Origin: Prorocentrum cordatum | Lineage: Eukaryota | Reading direction: 5' to 3' | DNA length: 64,000 nucleotides | Assembly (NCBI GenBank): GCA_963575745.1 | Contig: CAUYUJ010000002.1 | Location: forward strand, 496,001 to 560,000 | Shown here: piece by piece, positions 62,870 through 64,000 of the stretch | Layout: each line of letters starts with the position of its first letter | How positions within the stretch are numbered: the stretch's first letter is position 1 | The notes under the pieces: generated by a model | What the model was told of the DNA's origin: nothing | The model's database searches: none | Seen by the model: the letters and a program-made list of their open reading frames with translations, nothing else | Program-made: the position numbers and the translations under genes

Positions 62870-64000
62870 TATGGCCCCTTTGCTCTCCTGGGCGGTCTGC
62901 GTTACTTTCCTTGGGCGGCTTTGCTTGTTCGGCGTGGTCTCCTTCACTTTTCTGAGTGGTATGCTTTTCTTGCCTGGGTTGTCACCTTTACTTTGTTGGG
63001 TGGTCTGCTTTTCTTGTTGGGTGCTGTCCTTGACTTTCCTGGGTGGTATGTCTTACTTTCCGTGGTCGGCTTTACTTGTTGGCGTGGTCATTCTTGCTTT
63101 CCTGAGTGGTCCGCTTCCTTTTGTTGCGGTGGCCCCCGTTTACTTTTTTGGGTGGCGCGCTTGCCGTTCGGGCGGTGTCCTTGACTTTCCTGGGCGGTCT
63201 GCGTTACTGTCGGTGGTCGGCGCGGCTTGAAGGCGCGGCCCCTTCTTCTTGCCTGAGTGGTCTGCTTCGCCTTGGGGGGTGGTCTCCTGTTCTTGTCGGG
63301 ATGGTTTGCTTTGATTTATGGGTGGCGTCCTTGATATTCCTGGGTGGCCCCCGTTACTTGCTTGGGTGGTCTGTTTAGCTGTTTGGGGTGGTCTCCTTTA
63401 CTTTGTGGGACGGTATGATTGGCTTCTTGGGTGGCGTCCTTGATTTGCCTGGGTGGTCTGCTTTCTTGTCTTTGGTCGGCTTTTCTTTTCGCCGTGGTCT
63501 GGTTTGCCTTCCTGAGTTTCCTGCTTTAGGTTTTGGCGTGGTCTCCATTACTTTCTTGGGTGGCCGGCTGTACTGCTTTGGGGTGGTCCCCTGTACCTGT
63601 TGGGATGGTCTGCTTTACTTTTTGGGTGGCGTTCTTGACTTTCCTGGGTGGTCTGCTTTGCTTTCCGTGGTCGGCTTTACTCGTTGGCTTGGTCTCTTTT
63701 GTTTTCCTGAGTGGCCTGTTTTACTTTTTGGGGTGGTCTCGTTTACTTTTTGGGATGGTCTGCTTTACGTGTTGGGTGGCGCCCTTGGCTTTCCCGGGTG
63801 GTCTGCTTTACCTTCCGTGGTCGGCGTTACTTGTTGGCGCGGTCTCATTTGCTGCTTTCCTGAGTGGTCTGCTTTAGTTGTTGGAGTGATCTCCTGCACG
63901 TTCTGGGATGGTTTGCTTGCGTTTTGCGTGGCGTCCTCGATTTTCTTGGGCGGTCTGCTAGACTTTCGGTGGGCGGCTTTACTTTTTGGCGTGGTCTCTC
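62870..64000. repeat. T/G-rich degenerate satellite (about 31-bp subunit with a longer higher-order unit), running off the window end
   Basis: Recurrent ttgactttcctgggtggtctgctttactt and ggcgtggtctc motifs. Confidence 0.85.

Noticed and set aside
62843..63877. Hydrophobic membrane-protein-like ORFs
   Set aside because: They are translations of a T/G-rich satellite.

Overview
GC-rich, repeat-dominated eukaryotic DNA, very probably from a core dinoflagellate. It carries a perfect 22-nt DinoSL spliced-leader sequence at 30063-30084, and its short exons have AG|GC, AG|GA and AG|GT donors. There is no intact long gene. The window holds four decayed non-LTR retrotransposons: (1) an APE-RT-zinc finger LINE with a C-terminal C5 DNA-methyltransferase-like domain (231-5765); (2) a 5'-truncated RT-zinc finger LINE followed by an extra 3' ORF (about 23880-26790); (3) a 5'-truncated CRE-like RT-CCHC-REL element on the minus strand (about 28090-29910); and (4) a LINE that starts exactly at the spliced leader, with ORF1, APE, CCHC and RNase H but no recognisable RT core (30063-35430). 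Also present are a decayed hAT-like transposase (about 58850-62790), a manually spliced multi-exon membrane-protein gene fragment (17727-23836) and further weaker candidate exons. The rest is at least seven short inverted-repeat (MITE-like) families, two Helentron/HINE-like elements, a foldback-like element with B-box-like repeats, and long (GAT)n, (GAC)n, (CAT)n and (GGA)n arrays. Most ORFs in the six-frame track are artefacts of these repeats. All calls come from reading motifs by eye; no database search was run, and element boundaries are approximate.
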